DNA of 63,722 nucleotides, counting the filler, from Phoronis australis (lineage: Eukaryota > Animalia > Phoronida): NCBI GenBank assembly GCA_002633005.1. It is 8 parts of 8 records of this genome, joined end to end, with 100 filler letters (N's around TTAATTAATTAA, not from the genome) between each part and the next. Parts side by side here need not be neighbours in the genome. Positions count along the whole stretch, not along the records: positions 37,665 to 55,449 come from NMRA01000192.1; positions 55,550 to 62,335 come from NMRA01001761.1; positions 62,436 to 63,722 come from NMRA01003932.1; 5 more parts are not named here. The stretch is one strand, 5' to 3'. Position 1 is the first letter of the stretch, and each line of letters begins with the position of its first letter. The notes beneath the pieces were generated by a model. The model ran no database searches. It had not been told where the DNA came from and was given only the letters and a program-made list of their open reading frames with translations. The translations under genes and the position numbers were made by a program. Positions 53,900-63,722 of this stretch are shown in pieces.

Positions 53900-54120
53900 C
53901 TGCGTTTTCTGCCGCCAGGTGTCACTGTGGAAACGACGGAAGATCGACGGAGAAAAGAGATTTCTTGGTGTTGATTGGCTTTACCACTGAAATTAGCCAC
54001 CTATTGGCCGAAAGTGAAAACAGTTTTCTTTGCAGGTCAGTTATCATTCAGCGATGAGTTGTCGGAGCTACGTTGTGATTAACTTTAGATTGGTTGTAAT
54101 CGTGTTCACGTGCTCACAAC
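53900..54120 (-). promoter_or_regulatory. Probable UBE2G1 promoter
   Basis: CpG-richer stretch upstream of exon 1, with three CCAAT boxes (ATTGG near 53974, 54003, 54089) and a CACGTG E-box near 54107. Confidence 0.55.
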
Positions 54121-55549
54121 TTTATAGCAAAATGTGAATAAAAGTAATGATTGAACACTGAATTACCATTTTACTGAAAGCAAAACAACTGCATAAAACA
54201 TAAGACGATACGGTCAAACACTTTGTGACCGGTGTGCGAAAAAGCAACCAGATTACGTAAGGGTGTCCTCAAATGATTCGCCTCAGGCCATATCCGATGC
54301 AAGTGCTTTGGCCAGCCGTACGTTCCGTCAGTAGGACGCTAGGACCCGCTTGGACCTAGCTAAAACCTACTCAAAGTCACGTGCTCTAGCTTAATGACAC
54401 GGCAATACCTCATGTAATCTCGCGAAGTCTTGCTTTTTAGCGAGGTCCTAGCGTAATTACTGAACCGGGGGCAGTTTTATGAAATGTTGGGAATCGTGTG
54501 TGTTTGGATTGATCACTGATGCGTCGTACTGAAGGACTCAGATGTAAAGCTATACATGTATGTAGCACTAAAGTTGCGCGACAGTGTTTTCCCGTTGATT
54601 TTACCAAGGCAGACGATCAGGGGCCGGGTTCTGAGCGCGTGATAACATCTTGCTTCTTTGTTAATCGCCAAGCACAGTTTTTTTGTCTGCCAGGCAACAG
54701 GCGCCAATTATCACTAAAGCAGGCTTCAGATACCACGTGTGCCAGTGAACACCGTCAAACCAGAGTGCCGAATTGGTACATTCGGAAAAGAATAGATTAT
54801 CGTTGGCAGTTGGGCGATTTTGGCGATTCAAATCGTGTTCAACGCTTTTTTTTTCGGGCCGTCTGTAGAATACAACCGCACTTTGCCGGCCCAGATCCCA
54901 GGGGCAACATATGTTGCCCCCCCCATGGTTTCCTACAGTAGGTCCGCCACTGCGGAGACATGTCTACAATAAAGACAAAGTTCACCCAGTGATAACACCG
55001 ACACAGAAAATTGTTTTAGGGAATTACTAGTAAGTCAGACAAGGTTGACTAACGAGCCAATCCCGGGTGGAACAAGTCCCGCAGTCCACGCAGTCATCAC
55101 TGAACGGACGGGCACTCTACATTCACCAACAGAAAGAACGAAACTGTAAAGATGAGATCAGTGGTAGCCTGAGCGCGATTAGGAGAAAACATATGAGCGT
55201 ACTGTCGTGTAGCCAGTAGGGTTTTAAAATTCGACATATTCCCTACTGTCACACCCACCCGGTGGGCACTTATCAAGGCTTTCAAGTTGTACTGTGCCAG
55301 CAGAATGTCAAGGTCCGTTGGAAGAGCTCACACGCTGCCGTTGGCTTTTACGTAGTAAACGAGGTGAACGTCCTAGTCAGAAATGACTGATCGGTTGCTC
55401 TCAGCTGTTACAACAGTGCACCCTCCTCATCTAGCTGAGGTGACTGAGCNNNNNNNNNNNNNNNNNNNNNNNNNNNNNNNNNNNNNNNNNNNNTTAATTA
55501 ATTAANNNNNNNNNNNNNNNNNNNNNNNNNNNNNNNNNNNNNNNNNNNN

Positions 55550-56055
55550 TAGGTGCCTACATACCAAATTTCATGAAAATCCGTTCAGGACTTTTGAAGA
55601 TACAAAGGTAAGCGTAAAAAACTAAAATTGCCACTAGGGGGCACACCGGTAGTCGGATCCGTCCGAAAGTTCGCACATGCCGTCCCATTCATGAATGGAA
55701 CATATGTGCCAAATTTCATGAACGTATGTCAAAGGGTTTTGGAGATAGAGCAGCGGACGCCGGACGCCAGACGCCGGACGCCGCCCGGACGGACGGACGG
55801 ACGGAGATGACGGCATAATGCGTCCACATATAAATATGTGGGTGCATAAAAATTGCCACTAGGGGACACACCGGTAGTCGGATCCGTCCGAAAGTTCGCA
55901 CATGCCGTCCCATTCATGAATGGAACATATGTGCTAAATTTCATGAACGTATGTCAAAGGGCTTTGGACATAGAGCAGCGGACGCCGCCCGGACGGACGG
56001 ACGGACAGAGATGACGGCATAATGCGTCCACATATAAATATGTGGGCGCATAATA
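55550..56055 (+). mobile_element. Young Helentron/HINE-like non-autonomous element end, tandemly duplicated
   Basis: Two near-identical units. Each has a core repeat, a (GGAC)n microsatellite, the hairpin CCACATAT-AA-ATATGTGG (55824-55841) and a terminal ATAA(A/T)AA. Confidence 0.75.
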
Positions 56056-56827
56056 AAATCAACGCTAGGGAACACAACACTTATTAGCCATGGTCTTCTC
56101 ATCAGTAACACAACAGCTAAGTTACATAATTATCGTCAAATAAAAATGGACACCTTGCAGTGCAAATATCTTGAATTCCTCCAAAATTGGAAATGTGTTA
56201 CTGTAGCAAAAACTACAGTAAACTGTACGTCATGTAGATGTCAAAGTTCACAAAAATCAATCCATGAACCCAAAAGATAGAGGCAGACAAAAAAACTATA
56301 ACTGCTGTTAGGGGGTACAGCTGTATTCGCAACGGTCTTAAATGCATCATAACCCATTGTCATCTCCATCAGGAACACATCTGACAATTTTAACAATAAT
56401 CCTTGGAGGATGCCAAAAATTTGTAAATTCAAACTGGTAACTACGTGGACCGAAATACATCAAATCTGCCCGAGCATGGAAAGCATCTGATCATCTCCTT
56501 AGTACGAAAAACCCACCCACCAATTAAAGTTTGATAAACACCTCTATGAAGGAACTCCAAAAATACAGAGCTAAACTGCCACTAAGGACCACAGTGGTGG
56601 TCAGATCACCCAAAAGCCATCACCATCTACTGCTAGCTTCAAAGGAACACAGCTGTCAACTTTCATAACGATGCACCATGGGGTTTTGAGATAAAGTAGT
56701 GCATCCCGGACACCCAGATAGAGATGATTGTAATGCGGGTGCATAACAAAATGATTGACTCAAAATTGACCTATCGCAAGCTTCGCCCCTATGCGAAAAG
56801 TCACATGATACCCGACAATCGAGCAAG

Positions 56828-57096
56828 ATGTCAGAGGCAAATACACTGTCGCTAAACGACGTTCCTGGTGGAATCGATGAGTGTTTTTGCACTATTTGAA
56901 AACGCTTCGACAGAGACAAGAGGCGATGCTTTTCAACAGAGAATCGTACGTTCATGATATGCGAATTTGTAAAGGTGACGATGAAAAAATAAGTGCTCGA
57001 GGAGCCAGCAAAAATACGAAGAACCCCGCGGCCTCGGGGCCACCTTCTCCTGACAAATGACAAGGCCACTGATAAGATATATTCATGTAAAGCTGG
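56828..57096 (+). pseudogene. Relic first exon of a SWIM-finger (YqaJ-associated type) transposon ORF
   Basis: Broken frames read FSTE/SYVHDMRICKGDDEKISARG/SQQKYEEP...YSCKAG then a GTATGT donor. Resembles E.YIHD..ARCYRSQRK.E.PH..CSCKAG. Confidence 0.5.
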
Positions 57097-57468
57097 GTAT
57101 GTACCTTAAAGTCGAATTATCTGTACGATTCCATAGATTTCATGATCTTTCGAATAAAATCAGTAAAGATTCACCGATATTTTTATTCTGTCGTCTGCTA
57201 AATTTAGCCAAATGAAAAGTAGGTCACAAGTGGTAGGACTCTTGTAGAAAAGTAGGTCATAGATTACAGACAACACATGCACTATAGTCTCTGACTAGGT
57301 CGACTCGATAGCACTGTTTACGCTTTTCTAATCGTGTAACGAAATATATAAATATTTTGATCGAAAAATTCAGGTTCATAGCTCAGGTACACACTCATTT
57401 CGTCCTAGGCAAACAGTTAGTTCCAGTAGGTCTAGGGCTCTGTCTAAGTCAAATTAATGTCTGGAATT

Positions 57469-57772
57469 CAGTGGCGGATCTATGATACTACAGGGGGGGC
57501 AACATATGTTGCCTCGTGGAATTGGGCAAAGTGCGATTGTATGTGCACAAGCGGCCCGAAAGTTGCAGGGGCCAAAGATGTAGACCTTTGGACCTCGCTT
57601 CAGAAAATCTATCGGTGGACTAAAAAAAACAGGAACACAATTCCGCCGCGATCTGGGGTCTGAGCCCCCTCTTCCACTACCGGTCCTAGTTACTGAACTC
57701 AATATTTCCTCACGCTTCACGCTCTTGCTGTTTCATTTTGCTTGCGGCAGCCAAAGGGGGATCCGCCTATGG
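57469..57772. mobile_element. hAT-like MITE nested in the ISL2EU-like element
   Basis: CAGTGGCGGATC.../...GATCCGCCTATG termini. GGGGGGCAACATATGTTGCC is shared in inverted form with 54900-54951. Confidence 0.65.
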
Positions 57773-58399
57773 AATTGTTCGTTTGCACCATTAGACAGAA
57801 CTTGACATTTTTTGTAGTTTCATTCCATAAAGGTAGCTTTCATTTAATTTTGAAGGTAGCATGATCACTAAGTCGTGGTATTTTTACAAAAGATTACAAG
57901 TCTGGTGTGGTAGTTGCAAAAATAGGGTATTTACAAAAATAACTCAAATTCTATTTAAAGCTTCATAAATCTAAATATCATGTTTGAACAACTTCAAAAT
58001 GAGCTCTCTCTAACTCTACAGACATAGTGTATACTACAGGTACACGTCAAAAAGTAATTCAACAGTTTATTTTTAGTGACAACAGCTCGACCAAGGCTTT
58101 GAGTTCCAGCAGTAATCCAGTGCCCTTTCCTGTGCTGATCGAATCTCTGAATTTTGACCGGGAGAGGAGTTCAGTTGAACGCCAGCCTACGGTTTATGGA
58201 TAACAAAAATGTACCTCTGATACGAAACAAAATAATGTCCATTAGGTTGAAATAAAAAAAAACATAAAATAAAAATGTCCTTGAAAACAACAATTTCCGG
58301 GGACTACCGCTAGAGTGCTGAGATCCAGAAGGTGCCGCTAGAGACAAAGGCGACCAGACGTAGGAAACTCGGGAGTCAAAATTTGAGATAGCCCAGCAC

Positions 58400-58620
58400 C
58401 ATAGCCATCAAGCTGAAAAGTGCGTATCTTAGAACTAATATATTTGTTATCAAGCAACATCGTTAAGTTCAGCTGCTCATGTGGCCGTAAAGTTTGATCC
58501 ATAGTTTACGCTTTTCAACATCATTTTTCGGCTTAGGACATGCCAAAAATGACGGGATATTATTCTGGAGCAGCATAACAGCTGTCGGTGCTACACACGC
58601 CATATCAACACCGTTCCCAT
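58400..58620 (-). pseudogene. Disrupted THAP zinc finger
   Basis: M/RC*YGVCSTDSCY.../PKPKNDVEKRKLWIKLYG/PHEQLNL...KYISSK. Matches the RC.WG.C.SD.RY..FPKPK...W..CGRPHEQLN THAP subtype, with stops and frameshifts. Confidence 0.7.
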
Positions 58621-59178
58621 TCTTAGCGGACAATTTCTTGAGTTATAGACTAAAGTAAGTTTTACTCGACTACGTGTGGTTTGTCAGGTAAAATGGCGGC
58701 TTGGAAAAGCAGACGAAGGTGTGCCAAGAATGCTGTGTTATCATTGGTCAATTAAGCCGTCCGTCATAATCCTGGCGATAGGTCAATTGCAGTGCACGCT
58801 ATCTTTTAATGAGCACAACATCCATTTTTGTTAAATCAGTGACATACTAATGAAATGAGATGTATTGCTAGAAGACGGTGGTAAAGTATAATGTATGGTG
58901 GACAAGGTTCAGCGCCACCTACAGTTGACCAGTTATTTTACTACATATTTAAGGCAGCAGGATTTCACAGTGATTTTCTAAATTCTATTGTGCAGCCAAA
59001 TTACCACTGTTAAGAGATGTGACGTTCAAATTTTACAGGCAAAAATGTTCGACAAAGAAAGGAATTTTGTTTCGTGACAGTCAACTTGGTTCTTCGTGCT
59101 CCCCAGATTCTGAAATTGGGTCAAAATGAAAGTTACTATTCTTCCCCCAAATCCTTGAAGAATTTTATGTCATGTGCT

Positions 59179-59401
59179 AAATGTAGAATATAAATAGGTA
59201 AATAAAACAAGAAGAATGGATCAACTGAAATTTTCGGATGTAATAATGTCGGACTCCTTTGTCAACAGAAACAGAAATAAATTGTCATATAGTGTTTGAT
59301 TTTACTTTATTTCTGTTTCTGTTGACAAAGGACGTTATTACATCTGAAAATTTCAATTGATCCATTCTTGTTTTTTATTTACCTATATATATTCTACATT
59401 T
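59179..59401. repeat. Long imperfect inverted repeat (about 100-bp arms), fold-back MITE
   Basis: AAATGTAGAATATA...TTGTCAACAGAAACAGAAATAAA versus TTTATTTCTGTTTCTGTTGACAA...TATATTCTACATTT. Confidence 0.85.
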
Positions 59402-59770
59402 CGTGAAACAATAGTTTCCTTGGGAGGATCTGGATCGCCTTATTTAGTTTCAGATTTATTTTCTTCGTTATTCATGCGCTAAATGAAATTCTAAGTGAAT
59501 CAAGTTTTTTTGAACCACGAAACAGAATTTTTAGAAACGGTGTAAACATGAAATGGACTTTTTATGTAATTCTGAGCTTAACGCGAACATGATTTTCCCC
59601 TAAGGCTTTTTAGCATGCATCAGCCAGAACCATGAAATGGCATACCGTGACAAAAACGGCTTTCAACCGTTCATTCAGTGGCACAAAACCTACATGTAAC
59701 GCGTGAACAGTGAAGTACCTAAACATTATGTCCAAAAGAAAAAGCTTGCTTTGAGGGACACCGGGCTCAC

Positions 59771-59894
59771 CTTTAACACTGCTAAGCTGGTGTATCACTT
59801 CCTGAGCTTTCCCACCGGCCTCATCTGTGTCTATTTTGTTCAAGGCAAGCAAAGCAGGCTTGGACAAAAGATCTGGTTTGTACAACTCTACCTC
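59771..59894 (-). CDS. GTPBP10: Obg-family GTPase GTPBP10 exon (G4 NKID)
   Basis: AG/GT bounded, 124 nt. EVELYKPDLLSKPALLALNKIDTDEAGGKAQEVIHQLSSVK. Confidence 0.9.
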
Positions 59895-61375
59895 CTGAAG
59901 ACAAACATAACAATAGTTCAGAAAACACTAAGGTACACTGTAATACATAATTTCCACTTCTAAAATCAATTGACTGTCAGCCATGTGCCACAGGAAATTG
60001 GACATTTTCAACACAAAAAATCATTTTCTGAGGTGAATGTCTGACAGACAACAAGAATTAGCAATTTGCGATAAAATCTCAAAAACAACGAATTTCAATG
60101 TATCAAAAAGTCTACCCCATTCAACAATACCAAAATTGCGGTTTTTAGCTTCAAAAACAATAATGCCCCTTTTTAAAACAGCTGGCCTAGCTATTTTAAA
60201 TGGCATTTTGGGACTGAAGATGGAGCCTCCTAATTTTAATATAGCTGAATTGACAGCAGTCTCCTTTATTGCATTCGAAATTGAAATTAGTTACCATAGA
60301 CAATAAGGCACTAGTTATTTCACTGCTCTTCAGAAGCATTCTCTAATTTTCCTATTGTGCCAAGAACCTTATTTTCAGAAACTATGCACGGACTGCGACA
60401 GTCTCCCCCCACAAGTGTGCTTATTGCAATGAATTGCAGGGTTCAATAAATAATTATTCCTAAACATAATAAAGATGTGATTGCCGAATACACAATATAA
60501 CCAAACATTAAAAAATAATGAACTAAGTTTCTCATATTTTCTATCCAGGCGTCGTGTCGCATATGTACTCATTTGACAGTGACAAGGTAACTCACTGAAA
60601 AACCCACGTGGCAGTGGAATAGTAGCAACTTGGACGTACATTGGATCTACAAACATCTGCTGTTTTTTTTCGCTGTCTGTGTAATACAGTGTGCATGTTT
60701 GCATGTGCGTGTGAGCGTGTGAAACGGTGACTCCAGCCACCCTCAGTCTTAGAAAATACTGGGCAGAGTATCAATGTGTGTGTTTTAGCTGTATTTGACA
60801 GCTCCAACTGGTGAAATGTTGATAATCAAACAGCGTGTACAAAGTATGTCAATCGGCAGACTTGGGCAAATAGCGTGATTTCAAACGACCCACTGTGGGC
60901 ATGCAATTTCAAATAAGCTTCCCGTGAAACAGGAGCAAACACCACGATTAAGTCATAAGAAGCACAGCATTAGCTGTAAAGTTGAAAGTTTGTATCTTAC
61001 GTTTACAGATAAAATTAATTAATGTAGTTTTCTCTGATAAACTGCCTGTTTCATTTGATAACTGTGCCCAGGTGGAGTTGGACTGAGTTCACCAGGACAA
61101 GAAAGGCCGGCAAGGGTAACTGTTTCATAATATGGGTATCAAATTAGATTAAATACATTTTACAAATTTAGGTGTAACAATGTTAGAAGCCATGAAAAAT
61201 TTAATTTTGGCAGTAGTTTTTGTTTCAAATTGAAATGTAATTCCATGGTAAAGTATTGCACTTGTTTCACCACAACAATTTGAAAGATTTGCACCTCTTG
61301 TTGACCACTTGGAATGATTCGCAGTAATCAACACACTATCTTCATTTCATGTAAACTACGCCTAGATGAGCTTAA

Positions 61376-61795
61376 AGGAGAAGGCAACCTTTTTTCATGT
61401 CACTTTTTAGCAAAAATAAGGTTTGTTGATTATCCCAGACTCATTTTTCACTTAATTACAGCTTTTCTTAATTTGATTAATTTCTCGTCCTCTACTCCGG
61501 AAGTGACATTTTGGGAGGCAAGAGTTTCACGCCAATTTCTTTTCATTATAGTCTGACTGTGAGAGCTGTCGAGTCAGTCATTGTTCTACCTCGGTTGTGA
61601 TAAGTTCGGTCGTCGTTTGCTTTTGTTTACCAGTCAGTTGGCGCAAAATTCTTGCCTCCCAAAACGTCACTTCCGAAGTAGACGACGAGTAATAAATTAA
61701 ATTACGAAAAGCAGTAAATAAGTGGAAAAATGTCTGGGATAATCCACGAACCTTATTTTTGCTAAAAATGACCAGAAAAAAGGTTGCCTTCGCCT
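61376..61795. mobile_element. Kolobok-type palindromic MITE in a GTPBP10 intron
   Basis: TTAA|AGGAGAAGGCAACCTTTTTT ... AAAAAAGGTTGCCTTCGCCT|TTAA, with inverted similarity continuing about 150 bp inward. Confidence 0.88.
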
Positions 61796-61877
61796 TTAAC
61801 TACTGACCTCGTGTAGCAACACGACAAACTATTTCCATTACATGGAAACTATGGCCTAAATCAGCTCAACTACTGAC

Positions 61878-62063
61878 CTTATTTAGCAACATGACAGTCT
61901 CAAATGCTGTTCTGTGAGAGTACTGTGCACCAAGTCTAAACCCGTTGACGTCAACGACAAAGAGCAGCATTTTCGTTCTCTCTACATGCTTCAGAAAGTT
62001 ATGTCCCATGCCAACGTTGATGTGCGCTCCCTCTATAAGACCTGGTAGGTCAGCCATTGAGAT
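61878..62063 (-). CDS. GTPBP10: Obg-family GTPase GTPBP10 exon (G3 DLPG)
   Basis: AG/GT bounded, 186 nt. [44 protein letters not shown]...[12 protein letters not shown]. The VDV.GF.L and ET..LLNK segments are GTPBP10-type. Confidence 0.93.
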
Positions 62064-62144
62064 CTGGAAATATGAAACAAACGTGTGCTCTCAGTTAATC
62101 ACAAAATCCAAATAGTTGCCCAAAATCATAGACGACTTCAGGTA

Positions 62145-62335
62145 CAAGTACCCAGTTGGTTATCTTGAACTGTCACTGTTTTAGTTGCGGCTTGGATGGA
62201 GATGCAAGTTTACACGAGATTCAAGTACCCAGTTGGTTATCTTGAACTATGAATGTTTTAGTTGCGGCTTGGATGGAGATGCAAGTTTACATGAGATTCA
62301 AGTACCCAGTTGGTTATCTTGAACTATGACTGTTT
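62145..62335. repeat. 77-bp tandem repeat running into a gap
   Basis: CAAGTACCCAGTTGGTTATCTTGAACT at 62145, 62222 and 62299. Confidence 0.92.
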
Positions 62336-63622
62336 NNNNNNNNNNNNNNNNNNNNNNNNNNNNNNNNNNNNNNNNNNNNTTAATTAATTAANNNNNNNNN
62401 NNNNNNNNNNNNNNNNNNNNNNNNNNNNNNNNNNNAATTAATGGTACAACGATGTCTGCCGAATCAATAATCACCTGAAAATACCACAATCAATATGCCG
62501 GTATAGCATGTTGACAGAATCTGTAAAATTAACTATCGTAAAGAGTTTGAGGATTCAGAAGCAAAATGCTAAATATTAGTGAACCTAGAAAATGCAAAAA
62601 AGCAATGGACCCACGAAATACGAGTAAGTCGCAACGTGGAACTCCTTCAAGAAACATCACAAATGCCAAAGGTTCATTTAATGGAGATCATGTGTAAATT
62701 CTGAAAATTAAATGAGCTCATGAAATCGACTTTGAATGCACCCCAAGGTATCATATAGCCTGAGCATCACAAAGGGGCGATTTGACTTATGTACACCATT
62801 GTTATCAGAATTCTCTTAAACTTCCCAAAGAATGCAAGGAGACTTCAATGGTACAAACGAATGAGTCTTTAAAATGTCGTTAAATGAACATCAAAATAAA
62901 AGACCTGTAAAATGCTAAACATACATGTAAGTGAACTCCAGAAATTTTACGGATCAAGAAATGTGGGGTTACCGCTGTCCTATTTTGGTACAAGTTCAAG
63001 AAACCCTACATAAAGTAAAAAAGGTTATTAGAGATCATTGAATAAGCCTGAATAGTGTCATTAAATGAAACTTTATGAATTGATGAATCTGTAATGTGTC
63101 ACGGGTAAAGAAACATTTCCAGTGGTAAATAATCCACGAAATCCTGCAAATAAATGTAGACCTTGAGTTAAACTGGTAAATGACTGATGAGCAACAAATT
63201 TATTGTAATCTGTTGGGAGTAGTCTTGTGGCACCCACTCTTCCAATTTTTCCTGACCTTCCTGTTGTAACTTAAGTGTGGTGGAAAATACCTGATTTCAC
63301 AAAATGAACAATTATGTCTGACAAATTAATCAACCCCTAAAATGTCAGAACCTGTATTATAATGATCCCATAGATTGTCCAGAAAATAAAACAAATGTAT
63401 CAATTGCAAAAATCAGTGAACTCCCACCTACAAAAGATTAATAGAGAATGTGTAATTTGTATAAATTGTCTGGATTTGTGTTTATTGCTTTTCAAAAATG
63501 CTAAAGAAGATGAAGATCATGCGAAAATCCAAAAATGTGATAAACAAATGGAATGATGCGAAAAAAGAATAGTGAATGAACAAGGTGGATGATGACGTCT
63601 CATGGAGCCCAAGTGGCACTCC

Positions 63623-63722
63623 ATTCAATCGACCAATCAGAGCCCTCAATTCAACCGACCAATCAGAGCTCTAGATTGCTTCATTCAACTGACCAATCAG
63701 ATTGCTCTATTCAACTGACCAA
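63623..63722. repeat. Short tandem repeat with TTCAAYYGACCAATCAGA core
   Basis: Four copies up to the window end. Confidence 0.8.

Larger units (their letters stand above)
56764..58788. mobile_element. Internally deleted ISL2EU/Harbinger-like transposon with two convergent gene relics
   Basis: Perfect 14-bp inverted match AATTGACCTATCGC (56764-56777) / GCGATAGGTCAATT (58775-58788). SWIM-like relic on + near the left end, THAP relic on - near the right end. Confidence 0.7.

Noticed and set aside
55097-55285. Candidate last exon of GTPBP10 (ISA motif)
   Set aside because: No convincing acceptor or similarity. The true terminal exon was not found and may be in the gap at 55450-55549.

Overview
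AT-rich, intron-rich animal genomic DNA, probably a marine invertebrate. Seven gaps are padded with N-TTAATTAATTAA-N linkers, so order and distance across them are uncertain. Minus-strand genes, rebuilt by hand from splice sites: four late exons of a Munc13-4/BAIAP3-like gene (1406-2978), three exons of a Gfo/Idh/MocA inositol-2-dehydrogenase-like gene (29942-36777), a complete five-exon UBE2G1 (45684-53852, 167 aa) and two exons of the Obg-family GTPase GTPBP10 (59771-62063). There is also an intronless, frameshifted PEBP (21348-21830) and an orphan plus-strand exon (6775-6900). The most interesting item is an intact 3' exon (38526-39621) encoding a PIF/Harbinger/ISL2EU-type transposase fold. 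Its catalytic motifs are eroded but it keeps a DHSY motif and coiled coil, so it is a candidate domesticated, catalytically dead transposase gene. The rest is transposon-derived: a Kolobok-type element with TIRs, TTAA TSD and a THAP relic; an Academ-type element with TIRs and CTA TSD; an internally deleted ISL2EU-like element with THAP and SWIM relics; hAT and Penelope relics; TACCGTA-bounded MITEs; a Helentron/HINE-like repeat family carrying CTCF-like motifs; and several tandem repeats and hairpins. All family assignments come from motif recognition, not database searches.
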